Below, piece after piece: positions 1-12,930 of a DNA stretch of 64,000 bases. The stretch is taken from assembly GCA_951406725.2 (NCBI GenBank), contig OX597828.1:30132001-30196000 (forward strand). The letters are read 5' to 3'. This DNA comes from Octopus vulgaris. Taxonomy: Eukaryota. A program made the translations under genes and the position numbers. Under the pieces are notes generated by a model that worked only from the letters and a program-made list of their open reading frames with translations, had not been told where the DNA came from and made no database searches. Numbering within the stretch: position 1 is the stretch's first letter; each line of letters begins with the position of its first letter.

Positions 1-63
1 GAACTCAATATAAATTCATTTCTATCCTCAGCACAAATACAAATGTTTTGACAAAGCCTAACA

Positions 64-220
64 CAGAATTGTTAGCGTTCTGGTCAAAGTGCTTAGCGGC
101 ATTTCGTCCCTTGTTACGTTCTGATTTCGAATTACGCTGAGAACGACTTTTATTTATCCTCCTCTCGTGGTCTATTAAATAAGTACCCGTTGTGCACAGG
201 GGTCGATGTAATTGCTAGCC
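64..220 (+). mobile_element. Degenerate SINE family A fragment
   Basis: gttagcg...gcttagcggcatttcgtc...ttacgttctga...aataagtacc...ggggtcgatgtaat matches the family A copies at 17.06 kb and 25.95 kb. Confidence 0.75.
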
Positions 221-308
221 TCCTGTCAATGTTTTGAATAAAAGTTTAACTGAATTATAACACCCATCGAGCTCCTGTTCGATAGAACCAGGAATTGTGG
301 ATAATGTC

Positions 309-471
309 CTATTTCTTTACTACTCACAAGGGGCTAAACACAGAGAGGACAAACAAGGACAGACAAACGGATTAAGTCGATTATATTGATCCCAATGCGT
401 AACTGGTACTTATTTAATCGACCCCGAAAGGATGAAAGGTAAAGTCGACCTCGGCGGAATTTGAACTCAGA
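309..471 (-). mobile_element. SINE family A, 3' part (tail type 1)
   Basis: Near-identical to 25945-26105 (tatttctttactac...gaccccgaaaggatgaaagg..aagtcgacctcggcggaatttgaactcag). Confidence 0.85.
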
Positions 472-480
472 GTTCTTTTA

Positions 481-523
481 CGAGCTATTATTATCAATCG
501 TGCATCTTTGAAACATGTACTCG
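481..523 (+). ncRNA. Degenerate type I hammerhead ribozyme remnant
   Basis: cgag/ctcg stem I encloses a decayed core (CTATTA for CTGATGA) and GAAAC-AT-GTA (palindrome ACATGT). It is followed by actgctatttcaaaatt, shared with the HHR-bearing repeat at 9.76-10.14 kb. Confidence 0.4.
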
Positions 524-814
524 ACTGCTATTTCAAAATTTACAGAATTTAAAAATATATGTAAACTACAAACTGAGTTGAAACATTTCTTTGGTATTTT
601 CACAAGAAAATATAGAAAATAAAGGAGAGCTCTAATGAGAGATCAAACGACACTTCTGAAGCTTGAGGTACATCTGATCCTGAAAAAGTTACAGGTGAAC
701 AATGTAACGTTTACTGATGTAAAAAAATATCTGAATAAAAAAAAACTCCGAATTAATTTAAAATGAAGAAAGAGTCATTTGTAAATTTTTTTAAGTTATA
801 AAAAGTATATTATT

Positions 815-1131
815 TATATTATTTACTTTGAAGGATAATTGTTCTCCTCTTGTTTGTTGTTAACACAATGTCTCAGCTGATATACCCTCCACCCATCATC
901 AGGTGTCTTGGGGAAATTTCGAATCTGGGTTCTCATTCCTAAGATATTTTTCTATATTATTATTATTATTATTGTTATTATTCAGGTCACTGCCAGAATC
1001 GAACTCCGAATCTTGGGGTTAGTAGCCCGCGCTCTTAATCACTACGCCATATGCCCATGGACAAATATCCGTCAAATGTAAATAATGTAAATAGTGGACA
1101 TACATCCTCATCTCTTAAATATAGAACTGTA
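815..1131 (-). mobile_element. tRNA-headed SINE (family C) with hammerhead-like 3' region and an inverted copy of its tail
   Basis: Minus-strand head gggcatatggcgtagtgattaagagcgc...ggagttcgattc (A/B boxes, starts about 1056). GACAC-CTGATGA...GAGAC-ATT-GTGTT at 907-862. Tail 815-845 recurs inverted at 1059-1087. Flanking direct repeat agttat(g)aaaaagt at 794-806 and 1131-1144. Confidence 0.75.
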
Positions 1132-2921
1132 GTTATGAAAAAGTGATTTTATTTTTATTTTTACCTTTGTAATCTAAGCGTATAGTTTAGCAATTTTTCA
1201 ATAAGATACAATTTCCTTTAAGCATATGGCTATGACACACATCTCCCTGAGCTGAGGATCAAGTGGCCAATTTAAATATGCGTTGTTTTTGCATCTACAC
1301 ATTCCACTTGCACTTCACTTTCCAAAACTTTTAATTTTTCGGACTCGGAAGTGGGTTGTAGGCTGGTCGTAGCAAGACAAAAATTATTTCTACTCTAGCT
1401 TCCGCCTAACCAAGAATTCTTCCCAAGAATCACACTGGCCTTGTTCACGACGTTGTCCTAAGTCTGGTTAGCGATTTCTCGCTTGTTCCGGTTTTACCAG
1501 TTTAAATAGAGGTTCGTCTTTTCTAATTCCGTTTCATATTTTCTAGATATAGCACCCCTGGAGGCTTCCCTGTTTGTCTCAAACAGTTCTACTATATCTA
1601 GATATTCTAGAAATGCCACCAAAATCTCTGTCTTCTGAAATGCTACCGACTTTCAAATGGTTATAATTTTCATCTACTATGGAAAGAGAAACGGATTGCA
1701 TAACCTTTCCAGGTCCTCGAAATAGTGTAAAACGTAAAATATTGACTCCATTCCGGGGTAGTCATCGAGTGTCTTATTTTTCAACAAATATATCGCTGGA
1801 GAATACAACGTTTGTATGAACGGACAATGTAACTATTGATTCGTGCATTCAGCGTTGCAGCCACTGTTTCAGCTGCAAGAGGTGTCAATTATTCGCCTAT
1901 TATAGTAATGAAATTTGCCACCTATGTTTGTCAAGACACTAATTCCTATTATCTACCTGTCACATGTAGCCAAACATTAATGACATTTCAGCTTCCGATA
2001 GATTTCTGTCTCATATTCAGTAAAGCTACATCGTCTATGTAGAATCCTCAATGCATCTCTGTTAAGAAATTCACATGTTACTAATTATGAATGTGCGTGG
2101 CTTCAGATTCGACATATATATGCTTCTTGTCGTATAAAGATAAGCTGTTATATTAGATTGGAAATTTAATTAGAAAATTATATTCTTAGGGAAAATCAGA
2201 GCCATTCTGGAAATTGGATTCTTCGTAACAGAGTATAAGATTTACTTTTGTCGGATTATGCGATTGCTGTATCATTAACAATTATCGCGAAAAAAGTGCG
2301 ATAATGAATTCTTCCTCGGATGGTAAATACTTAAGTGTTATGAATGTACAGTGGAAATAATCTGTATGTCAAAGAAATTCAACACCTAAATAACAAACGA
2401 TTTTTATGAGGTTTCTCCGGCTTAATAGTTTATCTTCATTAAATCTACCAAATGTGGAATTTCTCTGCAATGTATAAGATATTTCGGAACTGCTAACTAT
2501 ATTAAGGCAATGAGGAATGAAGTTTACTATCCATAAACACAAGAAAAACGACACTGGAGGACGACTGCAAGCAGCAGATCAACTTAGTAGGAAAAGAAGC
2601 CGAATTATAATAGAAAGAAAATATTTTTTAATGTGGTTTCATGAAACTAGATTGATTTTGGCTGAAGCATCTTGGATCAAGAAGTTGAAGGCTCTTACAT
2701 GAAGCCGGAATTTATGAGCAGGAATTAAATTTGATTTTTAATCAAGTATTTTATTTCTGGCACCCCTATGTTAATTATCAGACCAAAAGTAGACAAAAGA
2801 TAAAATTTCCTTACTATACTTACTCTAGATCACATTAGAGTACTCAGGCAAGCATTCCGTTTTGAAAGACATATCAATATACTTATGTTGATAAAAATTT
2901 AGTTAGACATAACAGCTAAAT

Positions 2922-3965
2922 ATTTGTCACAAATTTTGACATAAGGCCAGAAATTTCAGAGGTAGTGGGTAAGTCGATTAAATCGTCCCTAGTAGTAAAC
3001 TGGTACATATTATATCGATCTTGCAAGGATGAAAGGCAATGTCGACCTCGGCGGAATTTGAAATCAGAACGTAAAGACGCACGAAACGCCGCTAAGCATT
3101 TAAGCATTTGTCCGGCGTGGTAACGATTCTGTCTCCCGACCACATTACAACAGCTTAATACTAATTACAAACTTTTTTGCACAATTCTACTAATTTCTGG
3201 TGTCGGGTTAAGTCGATTGATTCGACACCACCGTTCCACATTTTACGGACCCCAAAAGGACAAAGAGGCAGAATTTGAACTCATAATGGACAAAATGCCA
3301 CTAAATATTCCCACCGGCGTGCTAATGATTTCGCCTAGTCGTCACTTGACAACAGCTAAATAGTATAACAATGCAAATAAATAAATAATGATGCCTTTCT
3401 CTTACTTCACAATTTCAATCAGTTTAGTCCATACATTAGAAATTTGTCACAAATTTTGACATAAGGCCAGAAATTTCAGAGGCAGTGGGTAAGTCGATTA
3501 AATCGTCCCTAGTAGTAAACTGGTACATATTATATCGACCTTGCAAGGATGAAAGGCAAAGTCGACCTCGGCGGAATTTGAAATCAGAACGTAAAGATGC
3601 ACGAAACGCCGCTAAGCATTTAAGCATTTGTCCGGCGTGGTAACGATTCTGTCACCCGACCACATTACAACAGCTTAATACTAATTACAAACTTTTTTGC
3701 ACAATTCTACTAATTTCTGGTGTCGGGTTAAGTCGATTGATTCGACACCACTGTTCCATATTTTACGGACCCCAAAAGGACAAAGAGGCAGAATTTGAAC
3801 TCATAATGGACAAAATGCCGCTAAATATTCCCACCGGCGTGCTAATGATTCCGCCTAGTCGTCACTTGACAACAGCTAAATATTACAACAATGCAAATAA
3901 ATAAATAATGATGCCTTTCTCTTACTTCACAATTTCAATCAGTTTAGTCCATACATTAGAAATTT
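2922..3965. repeat. Tandem duplication, 2 x 520 bp, each unit holding SINE family A sequence (minus strand, tail type 2)
   Basis: 2922-3441 and 3442-3961 are nearly identical at an exact 520-bp offset. Confidence 0.95.
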
Positions 3966-4486
3966 TGCTTTGATAATTATTTCATGTGGTGCAGTAAACA
4001 TAGTTACAAGAATACACGTTTTATTTGTACGTCCTCCGTTGAACAGTTGAATCCATGAAAATCATTGGGTATTTCTTTTTTCCGTTCTACACCTATTTTG
4101 ACGACTTGCAAACCAATAAGAGCATCCGTCTATAAATATTAAACTTATACAAGTACCACATACATCGCAACATATATGTTAGAATAGAGACTAGTAAATA
4201 GTTTGACTCTGGGGAACATTATGCCCTGATAATCTATGCGACTGTCATAGCTTTCGTAGCTGGTTTGCTCGTTCAAAATTAATCTACTAATAAACAACAG
4301 CTAAATGTGTGCTACATATTATATGGCACAACAAGCACCATATGGGTTAAGCGGTTAAACGAACGTAAGAAATTGACTCCCTCACTCGGTAGTCATACAT
4401 TTTGAAGAAAATTCGATTAAAAATGTGTATATAGGATAAACTTTACAGATATTTGCAAAATTAGGCACAGACACGAAAACGAATAG

Positions 4487-4536
4487 CACACACACACACA
4501 CAAACACACACGCACACACACACACATACACACACA

Positions 4537-4599
<63 letters not shown>

Positions 4600-4790
4600 A
4601 TGCGTCTAATGTGTTGGTAACACTTAGAAGAAAGTGCTTCGTATCTACTCACCAAAGTGAATGAAGCTCGTTTCCAGGAGGAACTGATCTCATCCACTCC
4701 CATCGAGTGTTTCGTCCATGTATGTGTGTGTGTGTATGAATGAATGTATGTATGAAAGTATGTATGTATGTATGTATGTATGTATGTATG

Positions 4791-4838
<48 letters not shown>

Positions 4839-4865
4839 CATATAATATATATATTCATACATATA
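4487..4865. repeat. Compound microsatellites (CA)n, (TA)n, (TATG)n
   Basis: Direct reading; two tracts separated by about 120 bp of unique sequence. Confidence 0.9.
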
Positions 4866-4879
4866 TTTGACCAACATCT

Positions 4880-6489
4880 AATTCACTCATCAGTCCACAA
4901 ACACTCTCCAAGTTTTCCTATCATTTATAAACTCTCTCACCTCTCTCACTCCGACACCGCTAACCACTAACGCTTTCCTCACTCCATCCATCCACACAAA
5001 CCGAGTTCTGCTGCCTACCACTTCTCCCTTCATCACCCTCCTTACCATCCGCTCTTCATCCATACTCACCATGTGGCCAAACCACCTCAACATTCGTCTA
5101 TCCATTTTGGTTGTTAGTCTTCCTTTCATTCTTCCTCGCCTTCGCACCTCCTCTTTCCTCATCCTCTCCATCCGTGTCACACCAGCCATAGCCCTTAAAT
5201 ATCTCATCTGAAACACATCTTGTCGCCTCCTTTCTGCCTCTCTCATCCCCTATGTCTCTGCACCATATAAGATTGTCAGCACAATCATGCCCACATATAG
5301 ACCTCTTTTCGCTTTCATACTCAACCTTTTATCTCTCAACATACCTTTCACAACTCCCAGTACCTTACTCCCCTTCCTCACTCTGTATCACACCTCCTCA
5401 GCCACCCCCCATCCGCCGTCACATGGGACCCTAGCTGCTTAAAAACACTCACCCCCTCTAACATCTTACAATTTATACTCACATCCGTTCTACCAACCAT
5501 TCCATCTGTCAAACATCTCATCACCTTACTCTTAGCTACATTCAGTTCCAGTTTCTTCCTCTCACACCCTCTACCAAACTCTACAACCGGTATCCTCAGT
5601 TGCTCTTCCGAAGCCGCCACCAGTGCTGTAACATCAGCAAACAACTAACTCACCTGTCATTTCTCTCCATTTTCTCCCACCATTTGGGATCCCTTACCAA
5701 AGGTTCTAGCAGTCACCTCCTCACCATACATCCATATATAAATTAAACAGCCACGGAGACATCACACAACCCTGTCTTAACCCCACCTTCACATCAAACC
5801 ACTCACTCACTTCACCAACCACCCTACTAACGCACGTCCTACTTTCTCTATAAAAGCTCTGAACAGCTCTCAACAATCTACCATCTACTCCATATAACCG
5901 CAACACCTGCCACAATGCATCCCTACCCACACGGTCATATGCCCTCTCTAAGTTCATAAAGGCCCAATATACATCCCTCGCTTTTGCCAAAAAATTCTCA
6001 CATACTTGATGTGCACACCTTCTTCTACTCCTAAAACCACATTGCTCCTCCCCTAATATACTCTCTGTCTGGTTCTTCATCCTTACACTCAAAATTTTCC
6101 CGTACAGTTTACCAAACACACTACAGATTTAGACCCGTAAAATTTCTATACTCACGTTTATTCCCTCTCCCATTGTACAGTGGCATTATACAGGCACTGC
6201 ACCAGTCTTTTAGCACTCTTTCAACCATATAACAAATATATGCTTCACTATCACGCCTCCTTTCTTTAGGCATTCCACTGTACACCCATTTATATCTGGC
6301 GCCTTCCGGTTTGTCATCAACCGCAAAGATTCCCTCACCTCCCCGCTTCCAATTGCAGTGTAGTTCCATTTTCCAACAACAAGCATTCACCTCTCTCCTC
6401 CAACAGCCACTATACTTGCCTCCCTACAATCTTCCACATTTAACATCTCACTAAAATGCTCTGTCCATCTCATTTGTACATTCTCACTC
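4880..6489 (-). mobile_element. 5'-truncated, frameshifted RTE-like LINE (reverse transcriptase and C-terminal region)
   Basis: Consecutive ORF pieces carry RT motifs: EEQCGFRSRR, FMNLERAYDRV, VGLRQGCVMSPWLFNLYMD, FADVTALVA (YADD-like), LNVAKSKVM, LRWFGHMVSMDEERMVRRV. Confidence 0.92.
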
Positions 6490-6633
6490 CTTTGTAAAGA
6501 AGTTTCGAGTCTTTTTGTGCTTATCTAAAGAATGTTGTAAATATGAATATAATGAAACAACAAACTCATATATTTACAGGTATACATTCCTGCGCGTTGT
6601 TAGAGGGTAAGTGGGAGTGTACCTGAGTATGTA
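6490..6633. repeat. 144-bp duplication, copy 1 (copy 2 at 8128-8271)
   Basis: ctttgtaaagaagtttcgag...cctgagtatgta occurs twice with about 2 substitutions. Confidence 0.95.
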
Positions 6634-6912
6634 CTTGTGAGTGGATTTGGTAGACGGAAACTGAAAGAAGTCTGTCGTATATATGTATATATATATAAGT
6701 GTGTGTGTATATGTTTGTGTGTCTGTGTTTGTCCCCTAGCATTGCTTGACAACCGATGCTGGTGTGTTTATGTCCCCGTCACTTAGCGGTTCGGCAAAAG
6801 AGACCGATAGAATAAGTACTGGGCTTACAAAGAATAAGTCCCGGGGTCGATTTGCTCGACTAAAGGCGGTGCTCCAGCATGGCCGCAGTCAAATGACTGA
6901 AACAAGTAAAGA
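6634..6912 (+). mobile_element. SINE family B, 5'-truncated
   Basis: cttgtgagtggatttggtagacggaaactg...gactgaaacaagtaaa matches the full copies at 19.3 and 59.6 kb. Confidence 0.9.
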
Positions 6913-7648
6913 AAAAAATATATATCCTTTCTTCCCATCCCCCAAACACCTTCTTACCCTCTGTACCAATTTCACACACACACACAAAAAAAACATCTTT
7001 TATTTCTTACAAATGTTCACTCAACCTTTTCCCGCAACTTTCTCAAGAGTTACGGAATGGAGAATGGGACATTCGGGCTACATATGTTTCATAGCGGGTG
7101 CAACTTCATGATTGGTAAAATCCAAGTGAGGTGTATATAAAATGCGCAAAAACAGTGGTGAGGCTGCTCTTCTTTTCCGTCTAACAAATACACTCACTAA
7201 TTACGGTTGGTCTGAAGCTGTTGTAGAACAGAATTGCCCATGGCCTGAACGAGAAGCTAGACACTGGCGAAGAGAACTTAACCGAATCTATAAATATTTT
7301 CAAAATGAAAAGAAAGCTATATAAGCAATGATAACACATAAGACATAATAGCGTGGAAAGATGTTTATTTAGATAATGGTTCTCAAGAATATATGCATTA
7401 TAGATACAAAGGCAAACTCACAGACACACACAGACGCACACGCACGCACACACCACACACACATAAATAAACACACACACACACACACACACATTCAGGT
7501 AGACATAAGAATGTGTGATCGTTTATGTCATGCTGTCTACTAATCTGATTTCGCGTATTTTTGGCTGATTTGTGTCACTATTACTGACACATATCTCTCT
7601 CCCTCTCTTTCACTATCTCTCTCTCTATATATATATATACATACATAT

Positions 7649-7709
<61 letters not shown>

Positions 7710-8127
7710 CATTCATACATACATATATATATGTTTACATATATATATACACATACATATATGTATACACAGATACTTATATACATGTATCCATTTTATG
7801 TACCTGAACAAATATATACGCAAGCACACACACACAAACTCTATAGATATACACATATTTTTACACATACGCACAGCGTTATACTTACATTACACAATGG
7901 CGCACATACAGGCACACAGGCACACATGCGCGCGCACGTTTATTATATTTTTTCGTAAGATTAAAATAACTGGTTTTGAAATAAGAAAAGATCGCGATAC
8001 CTTAAGCTGAATTTAATTATATGATTAAAGAATAGAATTTCAATAGAATCAATGTATTGTGACATAATACTGTTCATGATTATAAACACTTCAACAATTA
8101 CGTTAAGAAACGCATTATATATTTCAT

Positions 8128-8271
8128 CTTTGTAAAGAAGTTTCGAGTCTTTTTGTGCTTATCTAAAGAATGTTGTAAATATGAATATAATGAAACAACA
8201 AACTCATATATTTACAGGTATATATTCCTGTGCGTTGTTAGAGGGTAAGTGGGAGTGTACCTGAGTATGTA
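8128..8271. repeat. 144-bp duplication, copy 2
   Basis: Matches 6490-6633. Confidence 0.95.
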
Positions 8272-8333
8272 TTATAAATAATATGCATATACATACATAC
8301 ATGAAAACATACACATATATATATATATGTATG

Positions 8334-8387
<54 letters not shown>

Positions 8388-8444
8388 TGTGTGTAAGTCC
8401 ATGTGTGTATGCATACAGACTAACATACATGAATAAATATATGC

Positions 8445-8479
<35 letters not shown>

Positions 8480-8577
8480 AATATATACGTATGTATATGC
8501 GTATACACAGAGACACACAAGCAGACAAACACACATATATACGTATATATATGCATCTATATATATGTATGTATATG

Positions 8578-8632
<55 letters not shown>

Positions 8633-9759
8633 TTTATATTATACTTACAGAAGTGAGGCACCGCTATGGAAAATTTTACCGACCAAATCAACTCCAGTAC
8701 CGCAAACACATGAAGAAACCAACATCTGGTGTGAAGTGCTGTTGGTTGACATATATTAAGTCAATTACGAGCGTACGCAGACGCACACATAGGAACACAC
8801 ACAAACACACACACAAGCATATATATTTTGGACTTCCAACAAATTCACTCATCAAGCATTGGTCGGCTTGGTACTATAACAGACGTCATTTGCTCAACGC
8901 GGCTGCTTAGAAAAAAATGATATCTATATGTTCATCTGTGTAAATATATATATATTTATATATAATGTGCGATTACATTGAGATATGAACATGTGATCAG
9001 TTGACATGTATTAGTAAAGCATGTTGCTTGTGGAACTGAAGGATCTTGAATTGTCAAATCTAAACGATTATTGAATGCGTGAATATGGAAGCCTCAGGCT
9101 ATGTATATCTAAACCTAAACCTATTCGTAAATACATGTGAAATCTGTATGGATTCTGTTGCTTGAGACATTCACGTCGAAATTGCATTCATTTTTATCTA
9201 GTAAATTGAGAAAGTTCTGAACAAGTCAAATAATCATAAGTAACAAAGACTGAAAAAGTAAGAGAGATTACTATTTTTCAGAATGCATGCATCCATCCAT
9301 ATATGAATGCATGCATGCTTATGTGTGTGTGAGTCTGTGGGTGCACATAAAACACACGCGCAACTTGTGCCGTGTGTAATGTTAAAAAAACGGGTATAAC
9401 CTTTTTCTTCGTTTATTCACGGTGCATATGTCGGTTTCAATTACATGTGTTGGTAGAATGACTGTCGTTATAGTGCACCTCATCTTTCTGCCTTTTCAGT
9501 GTAGACAGAAAATGTGTTCCAAGCAGTAACAAAGCGTGCACAGCATGAGTTCCTTCACTTCCCAACACCGTAAGCATTTGCCCCGAATAAAAAAGAGCTA
9601 TCACTCCCTGATAGTAAACAGAGGTTTCTGCGGGATTACTCGTAACACACGTGGGTGATTAGAGAAGAATGCGAGTTCTCACTCGTCTGTATAAATTCGG
9701 AAGTGCTGGTTTTTGGATATTAGCTATTCGATGTCGTTTGGTCGAATACGTATTTAATT

Positions 9760-10137
9760 GTTAGTACTCTCAAATTTACAACTCAAATACTACACTGAAG
9801 ACGGATATGAGAGAGTAAAAATAAAAAAAAATAATTACATCTCTTTAATCCAGAAACGCGTATGTGATTGGTCAAAGCCGGGTGGATTAGTTACATTTAC
9901 TCTTAACCTACGTGAATTAAGACTATTGGTGTCTAGGAGATATCTTATGGTAGAGGAATAGTATTTAACTGCTATTTCAAAATTCCGGTATGTGGTGAAG
10001 CAATTTGCTGAACCCTAATTATAATTATGCTTATAATTATAAAATTTTTGCATAAGGTTACCGATAAAGGTTCTTTTAACATACCGAACTACTTGGTAAA
10101 ATTATGAATTATTAATTAATTAATTATACTCTTTTTA

Positions 10138-10140
<3 letters not shown>
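9760..10140 (+). mobile_element. Diverged relative of the 588-bp HHR repeat (Penelope-like/retrozyme-like non-coding element)
   Basis: gtagaggaatag...actgctatttcaaaattccggtatgtggtgaagcaatttgctgaaccctaatt and ccgaactacttggt align with 24857-25050. Ends at a (TA)n tract. Confidence 0.7.
9791..9866 (+). ncRNA. Type I hammerhead ribozyme motif
   Basis: taca-CTGAAGA-c-ggat...atcc-a-GAAAC-GC-GTA-tgtg; long stem II (agaga/tctct, gtaa/ttac); palindromic stem III ACGCGT. Confidence 0.7.
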
Positions 10141-10208
<68 letters not shown>

Positions 10209-11199
10209 TATGTATATATATACATACATATATATATGTATATATATATATATATGTCTGTGTGTGTGTGTGTATGTATACGTGTGTGCGTACGCTCGTG
10301 TGTGTTTGTATGTATGTATTAGGTGTATAAAAGCATGTTTGCTGATAAAATCTAGGTTTGAATAAAATGGATCTATGTCTAATGTGGGAATTAAAAGATA
10401 AACAGGTGTAAGCACTGATGCAGTAAAGTGTTTCTTTCGCGTTGCAGTTGCCGTCCTCTGAGGAGGGAAGTTTTTGATTTTGACACGATTGCAAATTAGA
10501 GTGTTAGGGTTGATTTACAAAGCTTTTAATTTATTTTTTGTGAAGTTGTTAATTTTTTTTGGCAAACTTTAGTCGAATGTGAAATGTTATTACTAACTAT
10601 TTGAATTTAGCAAGAAATTTTCATCAATGTCCTCGAAAATAATTTCGTTCTTTTTGTACATACACATTAATCATTTAGTTCAATCAAGCACATGCGGCAC
10701 CATTTGGTGTTAAAAGAGAAGTTTTAACGACTATATAAAACACACACATAAATGACCTTCGTTTTATTTTAACTGTTTTAAGCTGCTTGCTCCTGACTGA
10801 CCGAACAATCGAGACCTCTCTCACGTGGGTAGAAGAAGAGAAATTGAAGGCAAAATAACTGAAGATACACAGGCGGGACCTGGAAATGAGAAAGGTAGCG
10901 CAACCTGTTTCTAAACAGTCGCACCTTCCAGCATATATACCCAACACTTGAGACTGCGGATTCTTTGCCCGTAGAAATTGCATCAAGCGTATTAACACCT
11001 AGTGACCGTGACTTGCAAACTGATCATGATACATTATCATACTCACCAATGAGAATTGACACCTATCTAGATAAAAAAAACAAAAACTTATGGAGTGCTA
11101 AAAAGCAGAGGGACTTTAGGAAAGAATACCCCCAATTTTTTTACCCTTAAACTACTTACCCCCTCTGGGTGACTGACCTATTTTCAGTCAATATCTCCT

Positions 11200-12380
11200 A
11201 GATCCCTCTCAGTTGCCATATTGTGGGCTGTTGTTTCCCTTATGACCTGAACCTACTTGGGTGGCCAAGGTACGCCATATTCATGATGACTTGGATTTTG
11301 CAACAATAACTTCAACCTGAAACACCAGTTGTAAGATGAGTAGTTTTTCACTTCTGCATTTCACCTTGATTCCTCTATGATTAAATTAAATCCGCTTGAA
11401 ACCCTTTTCAACTGATTCTGCTGTTGCTGTTTGAGCTCGGGACCTCTTTTTGCATTAAAATGAGTGTCGTTTCATAAGTTTTTAGTCAGGGTTTCCTACA
11501 AACCCTCTCGCTTCGACATCTGAGGAGAATAGTTTGACTCAGAAGCCAAGATCTCTCGTCCTTAAGTACGACATCTCAGACTTGAAGATGGAAGTTTAGT
11601 CCTTCTGCTTGCATATAACTCATGAGTTAAAATCCAATTCCTTGTTTCCACCAAAGTGATTGAAATACAGAATGCTATCTCATACCAGACTTGTCGATGA
11701 TTTCTAGATATATTTTTCCATTTTGGAACGCTTGCTTGCCCTTCCTAGTCGTTCGCTGTATTCTGTAAACTTCACAATTATACACTATACACCCTCAAAA
11801 TTATACACTATACTTGCATTTTCTGTTTAGCACTCATCAACGATAGAGTTTAGGAATGCTTCGACTTTGGTTGGTGAGAGTAGAGAGCAACATCAGTAAG
11901 AATAATGGATATCAAACCCGTTTCCTTAATATTTGTTAATGCTGAACTCCATCGCTTTCACTGTGCTCATACTGATATTGTATACTCGCAAAGGTCCGAG
12001 CCTTTTCACCAGATTTTGCAGGCACTGGATTTTGCGTTCGCTGTATATAGCATATAGATATATTACTCGCAAGATTAATCCTAGAATTTTTTTACTGCGC
12101 CACGATTCCTATATATGCCACCTTCTAAACGTTTGAATACTTTTACTAATCTTGGAATATACTGTTGCTTTCTGGGACCAAGGCGTTAACAGCGCCTTTT
12201 ATTTTCCGTAATGAGCAACTTCATTATTTCTTCAGTTTGAAATTCATTCTACACGAAGTCAACTCACTAAATAAACTAATTCAATATTCTGCGTCTTTGA
12301 TGCCCGATTGTGGAGAGGAGTGTCATGCCATCCATCAAGGATCTACTTCCAAGATGACATCCATTACCAGCGTAAAGGGT
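11200..12380 (-). mobile_element. Possible highly decayed LINE remnant
   Basis: Minus-strand pieces such as ILTDVALYS and SPTKVEAFLNSIVDEC resemble the region at and after RT YADD; many stops and frameshifts. Confidence 0.3.
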
Positions 12381-12397
12381 ATTGTAAAAAATGCAAT

Positions 12398-12504
12398 TCT
12401 TCTCTCTCTCTCTCTATCTATCTCTATCTTTTTCTCTCTCTCACTATCTAGCTATCTATCTCTCTATATCTATCTATCTATCTATCTATCTATATATCTA
12501 TCTA

Positions 12505-12545
<41 letters not shown>

Positions 12546-12547
12546 AC

Positions 12548-12605
<58 letters not shown>

Positions 12606-12930
12606 GTCTATCTTTCTGTCTATTTGTTTTTTTTGTCTGTCCGTCCGTCTGTGTGTATATATACATCAGTAAACGTTTATATACATACATATATGCATAC
12701 ATACAAAAAGGATACACATACATTTGTATATATATATATATATATATATATACGTAAAAGATTATACATATGCAAGTATATACATTAGTACGCTGATACA
12801 TTCACTGAATCACTCTCGTCGTCTTTCTCTTAGATACGGAACTCTATGTGAGTGTATGTGTGCGTGTGTGTGTGTGTGTGGATGGGTGTGTGTGCGTGCA
12901 TACATGTATGTGTGTTTGTATGAGTGTGCG
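12398..12930. repeat. Compound microsatellites (CT)n, (CTAT)n, (TA)n, (GT)n
   Basis: Direct reading. Confidence 0.9.

Noticed and set aside
995-1056. Functional tRNA gene (also heads at 15781, 19722, 32645, 60053)
   Set aside because: A/B boxes are present but I could not form a complete cloverleaf, and each continues into a SINE body
4660-4712. Minus-strand CGATG-ggag...ctcc-tgGAAAC
   Set aside because: Core too degenerate and stems I and III unsupported
4860-4900. CTGATGA on the minus strand at the RTE 3' end
   Set aside because: No downstream GAAAC or supporting stems
6746-7111. Recurring ORF MTTDAGVFMSPSLSG... (also 59579-59821)
   Set aside because: Chance frame within SINE family B
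10853-10895. CTGAAGA...CAGG/CCTG GAAA hammerhead-like string
   Set aside because: No stem I or III pairing and no suitable cleavage triplet
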